A stretch of 64,000 bases of DNA from Candidatus Heimdallarchaeota archaeon (GTDB lineage: Archaea > Asgardarchaeota > Heimdallarchaeia > Heimdallarchaeales > Heimdallarchaeaceae), in contig JAUVXV010000015.1 in NCBI GenBank assembly GCA_030603365.1, positions 40,421 through 104,420 of the forward strand. Reading direction: 5' to 3'. Each line of letters starts with the position of its first letter. Position 1 is the first letter of the stretch. Below the pieces are notes generated by a model. That model saw only the letters and a list, made by a program, of their open reading frames with translations, ran no database searches and had not been told where the DNA came from. A program made the position numbers and the translations under genes. This document shows positions 40,719-51,297 of this stretch, piece by piece.

Positions 40719-42874
40719 TTATAAGCATGAGGAATTCTTTTTCTTGTTAAACACTAAGCTCTTTACAGTCACTGGAAAAGCTTGACCTGAGTAAAGTGGG
40801 GCACCGATGTCAATCCAGTCTCCCTCCTCTAGTTCTAATTCATCCATACAAATAAGGTTGTTCTGTAAAGATGTTTCCCGACGAAGAGCGATTCCTACTG
40901 ATCCACCCATATCTTGGTCAAAAATCAAAAGAATCATTTTTTTGTTAGCAATTGAATTTGGGAGAGCTTTTTCTATAGCCTTAGCGAAATCCGACAGATA
41001 AAAATTATTTCTGTGAATAGGATCCTTGAAGTATAAGGCAATTAGATCTTTACCCTCTTGCATATCAAATCTCTTAAAAGCTTGATTGACTTCTTCTCGA
41101 AGTTTCTTCGAACTAAAGTTTTCTTTTCTTATATTCACATTGATAACTGGGATATTTTCTAGGGGAATTCTATACTCTTATCAAAATAACATGTGGATCC
41201 AGATACCGAAAGAGAAAATGATCCAGCACCAATGACTGTTGCCCTAATCTTGTTTTCAGGTTCAATCATGACCAAGTTGTGCTCATCCATTAAAGACTTG
41301 ATTTCCTCAGCGAGATACAGTCCAATGTCATCATATACCTTATCATCACCATAAATCATCTCTGCCACTCCTCCTGAAAAGGAGAACTCATCAATTGGAA
41401 TGGAAAAATCTAGATCACTTGTCATCATCAGTTCCTTAGCGATTGTACTTGTTGCTGGACCTCTCATCACCTCAACCAAAGCTTTTGCATATTCATGGGC
41501 GATAGTTCTAACATCCTCTTCAGAAATAGTGTCTCCTAGTTGATAATTCATCTTTAGCTCTTTCATAAGAAATTCCGTTGGTTCATCTATCCTCCAAATC
41601 TTGAAGTTTTCATCTATTCCTAACAACCGACCACCTATATTGATGCAGGAAGTACTGAGTACATGACCATTAGCTGCAATTGCTAGATTACTGGTACCTC
41701 CACCCACATCTACATTCATTATTGTATTCTCTTTTTCGAGTGACATATCAACTATACCACTGCCCATAGCTCCAAGTAAAGATTCGAAATTTGGTCCTGC
41801 TGCAGCACTAACAAATTTACCAGTCTCTGAAGATAACCTTCTCACGATCTCTGCTGCATTCTGTTTCTTAGCTGTTTCTCCAGTAACTATTACAGCTCCT
41901 GTATCCACCATGCTAGACTTGATACCTGCTTTCCTATACTCCTTGACACAGAATTTTACAACAGCATCAATATCAATGGTATAACGATCGATTAGGGGAG
42001 TATCAATTATATTTCCCTCATAGATAATTTTTCTATCAATCAGATGAAATCGATTAGACATATTCAAGAAGCTTCTCTCCCTTCTTAGGGTTAAACCTGA
42101 AAATACAAGATGTGAGGTAGAAGACCCAACATCTATTCCGACACTTAGCACCTTCAAATACTCACCAATATCATCCTTAGTGATAGATGAATGATCAGGA
42201 AATATTGTTGCTAATTTCCTCAAATCCGCCATTTTTGGAGATAAATGACCCATTAGATCACTTGCTGATTTAAGTGCAATCTCTTCATCACTAATCATAC
42301 TTGTAGATGAAACTTTGGTACCACCACTAATTCTTATTTCCATTTCCTTATCATGGTGTTTAGGTAATTCCAGTTTATCATCAGATTTTAGCAGTTTTTC
42401 TTTCATATCTTCAGGGATATCAAATAATTGCTCACATATAGTACAGAAGAAACTGATAGTAGTTGTTTTATCACTACCAGGTACAACAGGACCATCTTCT
42501 TTTGGACGACTGATTTTATTCTCCATCTGTCGTCTAACTCCTGCTAAATTCACATCTTCGAACATATCTACCATCCAGTCACATATTTCATCAAACTCTA
42601 CCCCAGGTTCTAAAACAGAAGCTAAAGCTGGCTTAAATTCTGAAATAAGACGATAAAGACGTGCAAGATCAGTAACATCTACTTGTTCATACTTCTGCAG
42701 TAAGGTTTCGTATTTCTTAGTAAATGAATCCTTAATATCAGTTGTATCTTGTCTATAATACCTCTCAAAGAATGAACCGACCATCCCAACAGCAGACCAT
42801 TTCATGGTTTTAATATCAATTTTCAAATCTTTTTCTCCATTAGAAACATGTGACATAATTGGCATTCTACTCAT
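40719..42874 (-). CDS. eutA: EutA-like reactivating ATPase (ASKHA fold) with long N-terminal extension, split by a 1-bp frameshift at ~41162
   Basis: LSVGIDVGSSTS, TGAVIVTGETAKKQNA, AGPNFES, NVDVGGGTSN, FSGGVA, IRATVIGAG; adding one C to the C4 run (gaattcccctag) gives EFPLENIPV and joins 40719..41138, which ends PVTVKSLVF; likely start 42856-42874. Confidence 0.82.
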
Positions 42875-42882
42875 CAGATATA

Positions 42883-42922
42883 AATACATTATTATACTAA
42901 AATAATACATTATTGTATTGTT
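42883..42922. promoter_or_regulatory. Palindromic/tandem operator candidate between divergent eutA and regulator
   Basis: aataataca-ttat-tgtattgtt (42901-42922); aatacattatt occurs at 42883 and 42904, 21 bp apart. Confidence 0.45.
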
Positions 42923-42930
42923 GAAATATT

Positions 42931-43263
42931 GTGACACGTAGAACTTTGATCGAAAGAGCTCATGCAATTTTTGAAATGATTGAATACGAAGATGATCCTT
43001 TTCCTAAATCCAAACTACAAAAAGTTGGTTTAAATCCAACAACAGCAGAAAAATGGCTGGAGTTAATTACATTTATTCAACGAAAGCCTAGAATTAGGCT
43101 GATAAAAACAAAATCTAGTACAATAATTGAACGTGTTGAACAGAAATATCATACTGTAAGCAGAGAAACATTCATGAACCCAAATAAAAGTTATAAAGAA
43201 CGATTTCATGCTTTGAATGATTATCTCAGTGCTCTTATAACTACAGAAAGATTAAGAGAATAA
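42931..43263 (+). CDS. Small putative winged-HTH DNA-binding protein
   Basis: PKSKLQKVGLNPTTAEKWLELI followed by a beta-wing-like RIRLIKTKSSTIIE. Confidence 0.55.
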   Translation: MTRRTLIERAHAIFEMIEYEDDPFPKSKLQKVGLNPTTAEKWLELITFIQRKPRIRLIKTKSSTIIERVEQKYHTVSRETFMNPNKSYKERFHALNDYLSALITTERLRE

Positions 43264-43466
43264 CTTGTTTTGCTAACAGACATTTGATTATCAGCTATAA
43301 CTAATCTGAAGATAGAGATGTAAGCTTTAAGCTCAATTCCCAAAACTCTTTCTGTTTTTTCTTGTCAAAAGCTAATTTGTTTCTTTCAGTTTTTATTGAT
43401 ACAAAAGAATATGAGTATAAATAAAACAAAATATGCATTATTATTATTGAGAAAAACTAATTTAAC

Positions 43467-44948
43467 GTGAAAATTTATATATTATTTATCAATTATCCCA
43501 TGATTCAAATGAAAATAATTAGAAAAAGGAATTTAATGGTATTAACATTACTAATTTCTTCTAGCTTAATTTTCTCTATTCGGAATAATAATCTAGATAC
43601 CAACGCTCTTCCCAAGTACGCGATTGAGTGGAAGCCAATTGAAGTAATAACGACAGATAGTACAGGAGATTCACATGATGCAACTATAACTGTAGATAAC
43701 GTAGGAAATGCTCACGTTGCTTGGATGGATAATACTGTACTTCTAGCAAGTGGTACAGATAAGGATATTTTCTACAAAAGATGGGATAAAGCTTCGGATA
43801 CATGGACTACAACTGAATTGATTTCTACAGGTAGTACAGATATTTCGGGTGATCCTTCTATTGTTGTAGATAATCAAGGAAATGTGTACATTGCTTGGGA
43901 AGATGAAACAGATGATTTCTTAAGCAGTGATGCAGATAAAGATATATTCTTTAAAAAATGGGATAAATCGACTGATATATGGTCAACCACAGTTTTAGTA
44001 TCAACTGAAAATACAGCAAGTTCTGCTTCTAATGGTCCTTCTCTAGGTGTTGATTCTGAGGGTAATATTCATATTGCTTGGTGGGATTCTACTGACTTTT
44101 TGGGTACAGATGAAGATCAAGACATTTTTTATAAACGTTGGAATGCTTCATTAGGAAGTTGGACATCAACTGAGGTTCTATCAACAGGGAGTACTGGTGA
44201 TTCAATATATCCTTCTATTGTTGTAGATACTCAAGGAAATGCACATCTCACTTGGAGTGAATTTTCTGACAACTATCTTGGAAGTGGTTTAGATGGCGAT
44301 GTTGTTTATAGAAGTTGGAGAAAAGAAAATGAATCTTGGTTAGCAGCGGAGTTAGTTACAACAGATAGTTCTGCAGATTCAAGCTATTCTAATTTAGCAA
44401 CTTATAATGGCCAACTAATTGATATGGTCTGGTATGAGCAAACTTCAGATCTAAGCAGTGGTATAGACATGGATATTTTTTATAAACAATTTAACACAGT
44501 TACTAAAACTTGGATAACTACAGAACTTGTATCAACTGAAAGTACAGAAGATTCTGCTTATCCAACAGTTGATGTAGATGGTTCTGGTAATTTGTACGTT
44601 GCTTGGACCGATTGGACCGACTATTTAGAAAGTGGTACCGACCAAGATATATTCTACAAAAACCGTAATGCTACATCAGAAAGTTGGTCAACAACAGAAA
44701 TTGTCTCAACAGAAAGTACAGGATTGTCAGATTTCTCTTCTATATCTGTAAATGATGAAGGTTTGACATATATTGTTTGGAGAGACTATACAGATTACCA
44801 AGGAAGTGGTACTGACTCAGATATTTTCTTTTCAAGTACACATGATCCAGATGATCCAGATACTAGCAAATCTCCGTTTGTTTTTCTATTCAGTGTTCTA
44901 GCAATGATTGGATTGGCATCTCTTGTAGTAATCAAAAACAAAAGATAA
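43467..44948 (+). CDS. Secreted acidic propeller-repeat surface protein with C-terminal TM anchor (start probably ATG 43500 or 43509)
   Basis: About 7 repeats of ~58 aa: DIFYKRW...TTELVSTEST..S..PSIVVD..GN.HIAW.D.TD.L.SG.D; tail SPF + TM + KNKR. Confidence 0.8.
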   Translation: MKIYILFINYPMIQMKIIRKRNLMVLTLLISSSLIFSIRNNNLDTNALPKYAIEWKPIEVITTDSTGDSHDATITVDNVGNAHVAWMDNTVLLASGTDKDIFYKRWDKASDTWTTTELISTGSTDISGDPSIVVDNQGNVYIAWEDETDDFLSSDADKDIFFKKWDKSTDIWSTTVLVSTENTASSASNGPSLGVDSEGNIHIAWWDSTDFLGTDEDQDIFYKRWNASLGSWTSTEVLSTGSTGDSIYPSIVVDTQGNAHLTWSEFSDNYLGSGLDGDVVYRSWRKENESWLAAELVTTDSSADSSYSNLATYNGQLIDMVWYEQTSDLSSGIDMDIFYKQFNTVTKTWITTELVSTESTEDSAYPTVDVDGSGNLYVAWTDWTDYLESGTDQDIFYKNRNATSESWSTTEIVSTESTGLSDFSSISVNDEGLTYIVWRDYTDYQGSGTDSDIFFSSTHDPDDPDTSKSPFVFLFSVLAMIGLASLVVIKNKR

Positions 44949-45050
44949 TTTTTATTCTTTTTTTCTTTTTTTTTATCTAAGAAATTTTCTTTAAGATTCA
45001 AGAATATAGATAAATGAGTACTAATTAGTTAAAATTTTCATTAGAAGTAA

Positions 45051-45905
45051 TCAAATCAAATCAGAAGACAAACCTGTAAGTGACATACTTAAATCCCACA
45101 ATTCTTTCTGTTTCTTCTTATCAAAAGCCAACTCATTTGGCTCTCTCTCTTTCATTATGTGATAATATTTGCCTGTGACATTTTCAACTTCAGGTGAGGA
45201 AGCTAAATAAACTGATGTCTCAGCTCCTTCTTCTAGGGGTTTTGCTTTTCTTTTAACTATGGGATTTAGAGGTTTAAGTAGAAAATGGTTTAACCCAATA
45301 TCTGTTCGTATATATCCTGGATGAAGACAGTTGGCACTGACACCTGTTCCCTTTAATTTCTCTGCCAACAAGAAAGTAAACATAATATTGTATATCTTAG
45401 ACTCAGCATAAGCAGTTAACAACCTATATTTTCTTCTTTCCCAATTATAATCATCCAGCTCTAATTTTTTCACTTTGTAATTTGAGCTTGAAGCTACATT
45501 TACAATTCTTGAATAATCACTAGCTTTGACTAAATCTAGAAGTTGTAGAGTTAAACTGAAGTACCCTAGATGGTTGACTGCAAAAGTTGCTTCTATTCCA
45601 TCTTCAGTCATTGTTTTCTTAAGAAAGACAGCACCATGGTTATTTAATAGAACATCAATTTTTTTATGCTTCTTTTTAAAATTCTTAACAAAGTTATTAA
45701 TTGATTTCAAAGAGGAAAAATCACAAAGCATTAAATCTAAATTGTTATTCTTTGATAATTTCTTGATTTCTTGAAGAGTTTTCTTTCCCTTTTTTTCATT
45801 TCTGCACACTAATATTACATGAGCTCCCATTTCTGCTAGTTCTTGAGTAGTTACTTTCCCTATTCCTGCATTAGCACCTGTAACAATAACAATTTTATCT
45901 TTCAT
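45051..45905 (-). CDS. SDR oxidoreductase, retinol dehydrogenase/WWOX-like
   Basis: VTGANAGIG, NHLGYF, YAESK, LHPGYIRT, ELWDLS. Confidence 0.92.
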   Translation of the reverse strand: MKDKIVIVTGANAGIGKVTTQELAEMGAHVILVCRNEKKGKKTLQEIKKLSKNNNLDLMLCDFSSLKSINNFVKNFKKKHKKIDVLLNNHGAVFLKKTMTEDGIEATFAVNHLGYFSLTLQLLDLVKASDYSRIVNVASSSNYKVKKLELDDYNWERRKYRLLTAYAESKIYNIMFTFLLAEKLKGTGVSANCLHPGYIRTDIGLNHFLLKPLNPIVKRKAKPLEEGAETSVYLASSPEVENVTGKYYHIMKEREPNELAFDKKKQKELWDLSMSLTGLSSDLI

Positions 45906-45969
45906 TATAATAAATAGAAATTAAGTCATTTATTAATTTGTGTCATTTATTAATTTTTAACAAAGTATA

Positions 45970-45994
45970 CAAAAGAGGAGCTTAGTGCAAGGTT
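45970..45994 (+). repeat. Degenerate copy 5 of the dispersed repeat
   Basis: aagaggagcttagtgcaaggtt vs aaggggaccttaatgcaaggtt; preceded by a tandem duplication of gtcatttattaattt (45925, 45942). Confidence 0.45.
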
Positions 45995-46044
45995 TTATGT
46001 CTAGAAACTTAGTTCAAAACTTAAACTACAAGCTTTGAAATGAT

Positions 46045-46821
46045 TTGGTTACCATTATAAGTGTTTCATACTATTCATTTCTAATGTTAGAAAAGCAAAC
46101 AGAATTAGCAGTTGCTACTAAAGACTTAGTAAAAAATTTTGATTTACCCGGTAGAGATAGTGTTCATGTTCTAACAGGATTGAACTTAGAAATATATCGA
46201 GGTGAGTTTATTGCTATTATGGGACCAAGTGGGAGTGGAAAATCTACCCTCATTAATATTTTATCAACTTTAGAATATTTAACAACTGGTGAAGTGATTA
46301 TTGATGGAATACAATTAAACAATTTGAAAACTAATGAACTTCTCAATTTTAGAAGATCTCGTTCTGCTATTATTTTTCAGAATTTCGCTCTAATTGACTA
46401 TTTGACAGCTTTAGAGAATGTCAAGCTTCCTTTGATAGTCAGAGGAATCTCTCATAAAGAAGCTGAAACAAAAGCATTACAATTACTAGAAACAGTCGAT
46501 TTGTATGCACGTAAAGACCATCTACCAGAGGAACTAAGTGGAGGAGAGCAACAGCGTGTAGCAATTGCAAGAGCTTTGGCTCATGAACCAAGTATTATCT
46601 ATGCTGATGAACCTACTGGTAATTTAGATGCTGTTACTGGAATGAAAATAATTCAGCTTTTTAAAGACATTAGTCATAAGACGGGAATCACCATAGTCAT
46701 CGTAACTCACGATCATAATGCTGCAAGAGAAACAGATAGAGTATACATCCTTCAAGAGGGTAAGGTGTTTGAAGAAAAATCAAAGAAGATAAAGAAAAGA
46801 ACTTCTAAGAAGAGGCATTAA
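46045..46821 (+). CDS. ABC ATP-binding protein, LolD/MacB type (start probably ATG 46084)
   Basis: GPSGSGKST, LSGGEQQRVAIARAL, ADEPTGNLD, VTHD. Confidence 0.93.
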   Translation: MVTIISVSYYSFLMLEKQTELAVATKDLVKNFDLPGRDSVHVLTGLNLEIYRGEFIAIMGPSGSGKSTLINILSTLEYLTTGEVIIDGIQLNNLKTNELLNFRRSRSAIIFQNFALIDYLTALENVKLPLIVRGISHKEAETKALQLLETVDLYARKDHLPEELSGGEQQRVAIARALAHEPSIIYADEPTGNLDAVTGMKIIQLFKDISHKTGITIVIVTHDHNAARETDRVYILQEGKVFEEKSKKIKKRTSKKRH

Positions 46822-46822
46822 A

Positions 46823-49609
46823 ATGAAGAAAACAAATCTCTTTTCATACATTGGTTACGCATTACATTCAATTCGCTCATATAAACGAAGGAATTTATCA
46901 ATAAGTGCTGGGATAATTCTAGGAGCGGCTATTTTTTCAAGTATTTTCTTTTATGGAGCATTAGTTGATACTATAGCTGTTCAAGACATAATAAACGATA
47001 TTGAAGCTGAAGTAATTTTCTGTCCAAATGATGAAGCAAATATAACAGAAACTCCCTCTGAATTAGCTGAATCATTAATGATTAATGAAGAGTTTCTAGA
47101 TACAACTACATTCTATGGTCAGAATCCTTGGGGTAACATATATTATTTAACGGATTTAAATTTATTAGATAAAAATGAAACACAGATCAATAACTTCCCC
47201 TTGGTAGATAATTTTGAACCATTTATATTTAATTCAGCTGATCAAGAAGGAGATATAATTCAGCAGATTAAACTTGTAAAAGGGGAACTTAATTTCAGTG
47301 ATGGTGGGTGCATATTATCAGATAAAATTAGACGAACACATGGTTTTTCTATAAATGATACTCTTAATTTTAATATGACTATCGCGGGACTCTTTATTCA
47401 TCCCAATGGATATACTTTAACAACAGTATATTATTCTCTCATCAATCTTACTGTATCAGGATTTTTTCAATCAGAGCTCTTTGACGATGATTCTGCAATT
47501 TTTTCAACACAGGATTTGAATCCTGAATTAATGGATCAATTAATTGGATACAAACTATATAGTATTTTTTCTAGACTAGATTACTCTAAGTTACCAGTTA
47601 GTGATTTACAGGCATTAAATAAGAAAATTGATAATTTAGTACAAAAAATTGAGATTCAAACCGAAGGAAAGTTGTTAGGAACCAATGTTATTTCGGAGTT
47701 ACTTGGAGAAAATCAAATAAAAATCATCATTATGCAACTAATTGATACTATACTCTATATTCCCGCAATATTCCTTTCTTTAATTCTAACTGCTTCAGGC
47801 ACTGACTTATCTTTACAAGAAAGAAAACACGAAGTTGCGTCTTTAAAAGCACAAGGAGCAAGTTCAAAACAGATCAAGCAAATGATTTACACTGAAGTGA
47901 TAATTATAGGAATAATTGCATCAGTTATTGGAATAATTTTAGGAACATTAATTGCTTCAGTTGTGTTATCCATTTCACGCTTTATGACATTAGATTTCTC
48001 TACCTTTGGCGAATCATTTAGAACAATAAGTATTACTCCTCTTTCAATTCTAGGTACAATTTTAATATCAATGGGAATATCATTAGTCACAACATCTCTA
48101 AAAACTAAAACTTTTATTGCTCAAGAAGTTGTTGAAGGTAAAACAATAGAAAAGAAGAAACCTAATTTGTTCAAAAAAATATATGGTGATTTCATATTTT
48201 TATTTATAGGTTTATTAGGTGTTATTCTAAATCTCATTCAAGATCTAAATCCTGAGATGTCTTTTGGTTTTTCTTCAATTTTACTACAATTCATTTCTCC
48301 TATATTTCTATGGTTTGGTGCAGCATTTATAGCAAGCCGAGTAGCAACTACAATTCCAAAAATTCTAGATAGATTCATCATCAAAATTTTCAAAGATATT
48401 GGAATGTTAATAAAAGGGAGTTTAAGCAGAAGAAACCAACATTTTCCCAGAATAACAGTTCTTCTTTGTTTATCTATTTCATTAAGTGTATTAGCAACTA
48501 TTCAAGGACATACTGGAGATCAAGCTTTAGATAGACAAGCTGAATACATTACAGGCGGAGATTTGAAAATAGAAATTTACACTTCATCACTTATTCTGTC
48601 AGAAACAAACTTCACAGGTTTTGAAGATCAAATAGAGTCAGTGGTTCCTATTTTCTATGCAAACTTACAATTCTCAATATCCTCATCCTATTATCGTACT
48701 GCTCATTGTTATGGGACGAATATTTCATTATACAAAGAAAATGCTATTTGGCATAGAGATTCTCTTGTAAATTATGATGATTGGGAAGAAGGTTTATCTC
48801 TAATAGAGGCTAATCCTACAGAAACAATTGCTGTTGACAAAGAAGCTAAGGAAATTATTGATGTAACACAAAATTCCACTCTATTCTTCGTAAGTCGAGA
48901 TTCTTATCTACCATCAGCATCTGCAAATGCAGAGGTTATTTTTGACCATATTCCTGCAATAGAAAATACGGCTATATATTCTAACGATGTTAACGTCTTA
49001 GCTGATACTGAATTCCTTCTAACAAACTTCTTGAACGATACTAGATTAATTCGAGCAATTATTAATCTGAAACCAGGAATTGATAAAACTACTAGTGAAC
49101 TACAAATAGAATTGCTTGAATCATTTGAATGGATAGGTGAAGTATATACCTATGAAGATGTACTTAATGAAGTAGAAGATGTCCAAGGTAGATTTTATGG
49201 TATTCCTGGATTGCTTTCTATTGATTATATAATCTCCATTACAACAATACTAATTGGAGTATCTACTTTTATGTTTATGATCATAAACAAAAGAAAAAGA
49301 GAATTTGCAATTTTGATATCGGAAGGTACTTCTAAGAAACAGTTGATCAAATTAGTTTTATGTGAAATACTATCTATAGCAATATTCTCAATATTATTTG
49401 GATTTGTTATAGGATTCTTATCAGCTTACCAGTTCAATAGTTTCTTTGATGTGTTTGATCTTGCTACATTTAACAGATTGTTGTATATACCTGTGATATC
49501 TCTTGTAATTACGTTAATCAGCTCGTTTGTAGCAATTATACTAGCTACTTTAATTCCAGCATTTTTTGCTTCAAGAATCAAAGTGGTAGAGGAGATGAGA
49601 ACTTTCTAG
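46823..49609 (+). CDS. FtsX/MacB-like ABC permease (duplicated)
   Basis: ERKHEVASLKAQGAS and KRKREFAILISEGTS motifs; two large extracellular loops. Confidence 0.88.
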   Translation: MKKTNLFSYIGYALHSIRSYKRRNLSISAGIILGAAIFSSIFFYGALVDTIAVQDIINDIEAEVIFCPNDEANITETPSELAESLMINEEFLDTTTFYGQNPWGNIYYLTDLNLLDKNETQINNFPLVDNFEPFIFNSADQEGDIIQQIKLVKGELNFSDGGCILSDKIRRTHGFSINDTLNFNMTIAGLFIHPNGYTLTTVYYSLINLTVSGFFQSELFDDDSAIFSTQDLNPELMDQLIGYKLYSIFSRLDYSKLPVSDLQALNKKIDNLVQKIEIQTEGKLLGTNVISELLGENQIKIIIMQLIDTILYIPAIFLSLILTASGTDLSLQERKHEVASLKAQGASSKQIKQMIYTEVIIIGIIASVIGIILGTLIASVVLSISRFMTLDFSTFGESFRTISITPLSILGTILISMGISLVTTSLKTKTFIAQEVVEGKTIEKKKPNLFKKIYGDFIFLFIGLLGVILNLIQDLNPEMSFGFSSILLQFISPIFLWFGAAFIASRVATTIPKILDRFIIKIFKDIGMLIKGSLSRRNQHFPRITVLLCLSISLSVLATIQGHTGDQALDRQAEYITGGDLKIEIYTSSLILSETNFTGFEDQIESVVPIFYANLQFSISSSYYRTAHCYGTNISLYKENAIWHRDSLVNYDDWEEGLSLIEANPTETIAVDKEAKEIIDVTQNSTLFFVSRDSYLPSASANAEVIFDHIPAIENTAIYSNDVNVLADTEFLLTNFLNDTRLIRAIINLKPGIDKTTSELQIELLESFEWIGEVYTYEDVLNEVEDVQGRFYGIPGLLSIDYIISITTILIGVSTFMFMIINKRKREFAILISEGTSKKQLIKLVLCEILSIAIFSILFGFVIGFLSAYQFNSFFDVFDLATFNRLLYIPVISLVITLISSFVAIILATLIPAFFASRIKVVEEMRTF

Positions 49610-49617
49610 GTGATAAA

Positions 49618-50631
49618 ATGGTTAACAGTGTAAAAAATAATAATTCTGAACTCCAACCACTACCAGAAAATCTTTCCAATCAAATTATGGATGTCTATCA
49701 TGTTTATGGAATGAAGCTTCAAAACAAGGTTGTAGCTCTAAAAGGAGTATCTTTCGACATTAAAAAAGGTGAAATCTTAGGAATTGTAGGTCCTAGCGGA
49801 TCAGGTAAATCCACTCTTCTGCTTGCACTTGGAGGAATGTTGAAACCAACAGCAGGCAGAATTATTTATCCTGATGGTACTGATATTTCAAAGCTTCCTG
49901 AGGAGAAAATGTATACTTTCAGGAGAAACAATATTGGATATGTTTTTCAGGAACACAATCTGATTAATCATTTATCAGCTGAAAAAAACATAGAAATGCC
50001 TATGAAACTTAATTTTATCCCTCAGAGTGAGAGAAAGAAAAAATCTAATGAACTTATGAAAAGATTGGAAATTAATCATAGAAAAAATCATACTCCTAGT
50101 AAACTATCAGGAGGAGAAATTCAACGTGTAGCTATTGCAAGAGCTTTAGCAAATGAACCACAGTTAATTTTAGCAGATGAACCTACAGGAAACTTAGATG
50201 CGGAAAAATCTTTACAGATTCTGGAGTTATTCAAAGATTTATCAGATGAAATGGGAACTTCTTATCTAATTTGTTCTCATGATCCTATAGTAGCTGAATA
50301 TTCAGATAGATCTTTAGAAATAAATGATGGAATTATTATTAGAGAACATGGTCTTGGGATTGACTTAATGGATTTAGATAGTTCAAGATTGCTAGTTATG
50401 GATAATCAAAACAGAATTACTCTTCCAGAAGATGCCGTAGAAGAGGTTGCAGGAGCGTTTCTATACACCTGGAAAGTAAAGGATAAAGGAATCTTCTTAG
50501 AACCTTTAGGAAGTGAAACAACTATAGATACTCAGAAAATAAAGTTTTGTCCAAATTGCAATCTGGAAATACCTCCAAGAACCTACTCTTGTCCAAGATG
50601 TGGAGCTAAACTTTCAAGAATAGTACGCTAA
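49618..50631 (+). CDS. ABC ATP-binding protein with C-terminal AbrB-like segment and zinc ribbon
   Basis: GPSGSGKST, LSGGEIQR, ADEPTGNLD; MDNQNRITLP; CPNC...CPRCG. Confidence 0.9.
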   Translation: MVNSVKNNNSELQPLPENLSNQIMDVYHVYGMKLQNKVVALKGVSFDIKKGEILGIVGPSGSGKSTLLLALGGMLKPTAGRIIYPDGTDISKLPEEKMYTFRRNNIGYVFQEHNLINHLSAEKNIEMPMKLNFIPQSERKKKSNELMKRLEINHRKNHTPSKLSGGEIQRVAIARALANEPQLILADEPTGNLDAEKSLQILELFKDLSDEMGTSYLICSHDPIVAEYSDRSLEINDGIIIREHGLGIDLMDLDSSRLLVMDNQNRITLPEDAVEEVAGAFLYTWKVKDKGIFLEPLGSETTIDTQKIKFCPNCNLEIPPRTYSCPRCGAKLSRIVR

Positions 50632-50669
50632 AAGTATTTATAGTGAGTCTAGAGCTTCAATTGATTGTA

Positions 50670-51275
50670 ATGAATACTTTTTAGATATTAACAATTTGTG
50701 GGATGCTTAGTCCAATAATCTACACCTTAGCATGGATTATTGGAGGATTAATTGTACCAGATTATAATCATATTCGTGATGATGTCAGCTCCCTATTTGC
50801 AGTTGGGGCTCACAAAAGATGGTTATTCAGTTCTTTCTTTATTACTGGTAGTGCATTGTCATTTATTTTCTCTTTTGGATTACTCTGGGGTATTGAGGGA
50901 AATGGTTCAATTGTCGGACCAATATTGTTTCTGATTAGTACATTCATAGGATTACTTGTTGCTATATTCTTTCCTCTAGATGAAGGAGGTAAATTAGAAA
51001 CTTTACGAGGAAAACTACATCTAATTCTTATAGTTATTTCAGGGATTATTATAATGGTTTCAATGATCTTTTTATGGCTTCGAACCAAAACCGTAGAAGG
51101 TTGGATAGGTTTTGCTTGGTTCTCATTAGTTTCAGTACCAATTATGCTTATTCTCATGGCTATATCAGGTATTTTCGGAGGAGGACCTTACATGGGTTTA
51201 GTAGAAAGATTCATGGTTAGCTACTTTCAAGTATACTACTTTGTTATCGCATTAATGTTATTTCTAAATAATTGA
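50670..51275 (+). CDS. DUF998-family membrane protein; probable N-terminus interrupted by in-frame TAG (open from ATG 50703)
   Basis: PDYNHIRDDVSSL, FPLD...LH, GLVER; upstream in frame ATG AAT ACT TTT TAG ATA TTA ACA ATT TGT GGG ATG. Confidence 0.75.
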
Positions 51276-51297
51276 AATTTGAAATGGAGCTGATAAA

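Noticed and set aside
41155-41175. Programmed -1 ribosomal frameshift in eutA
   Set aside because: No canonical X XXY YYZ slippery heptamer or clear stimulatory structure; similar -1 events elsewhere point to homopolymer error
17027-45994. CRISPR array or classical integron made of the dispersed repeats
   Set aside because: Copies are kilobases apart, in mixed orientation and degenerate; no cas or integron-integrase gene in the window
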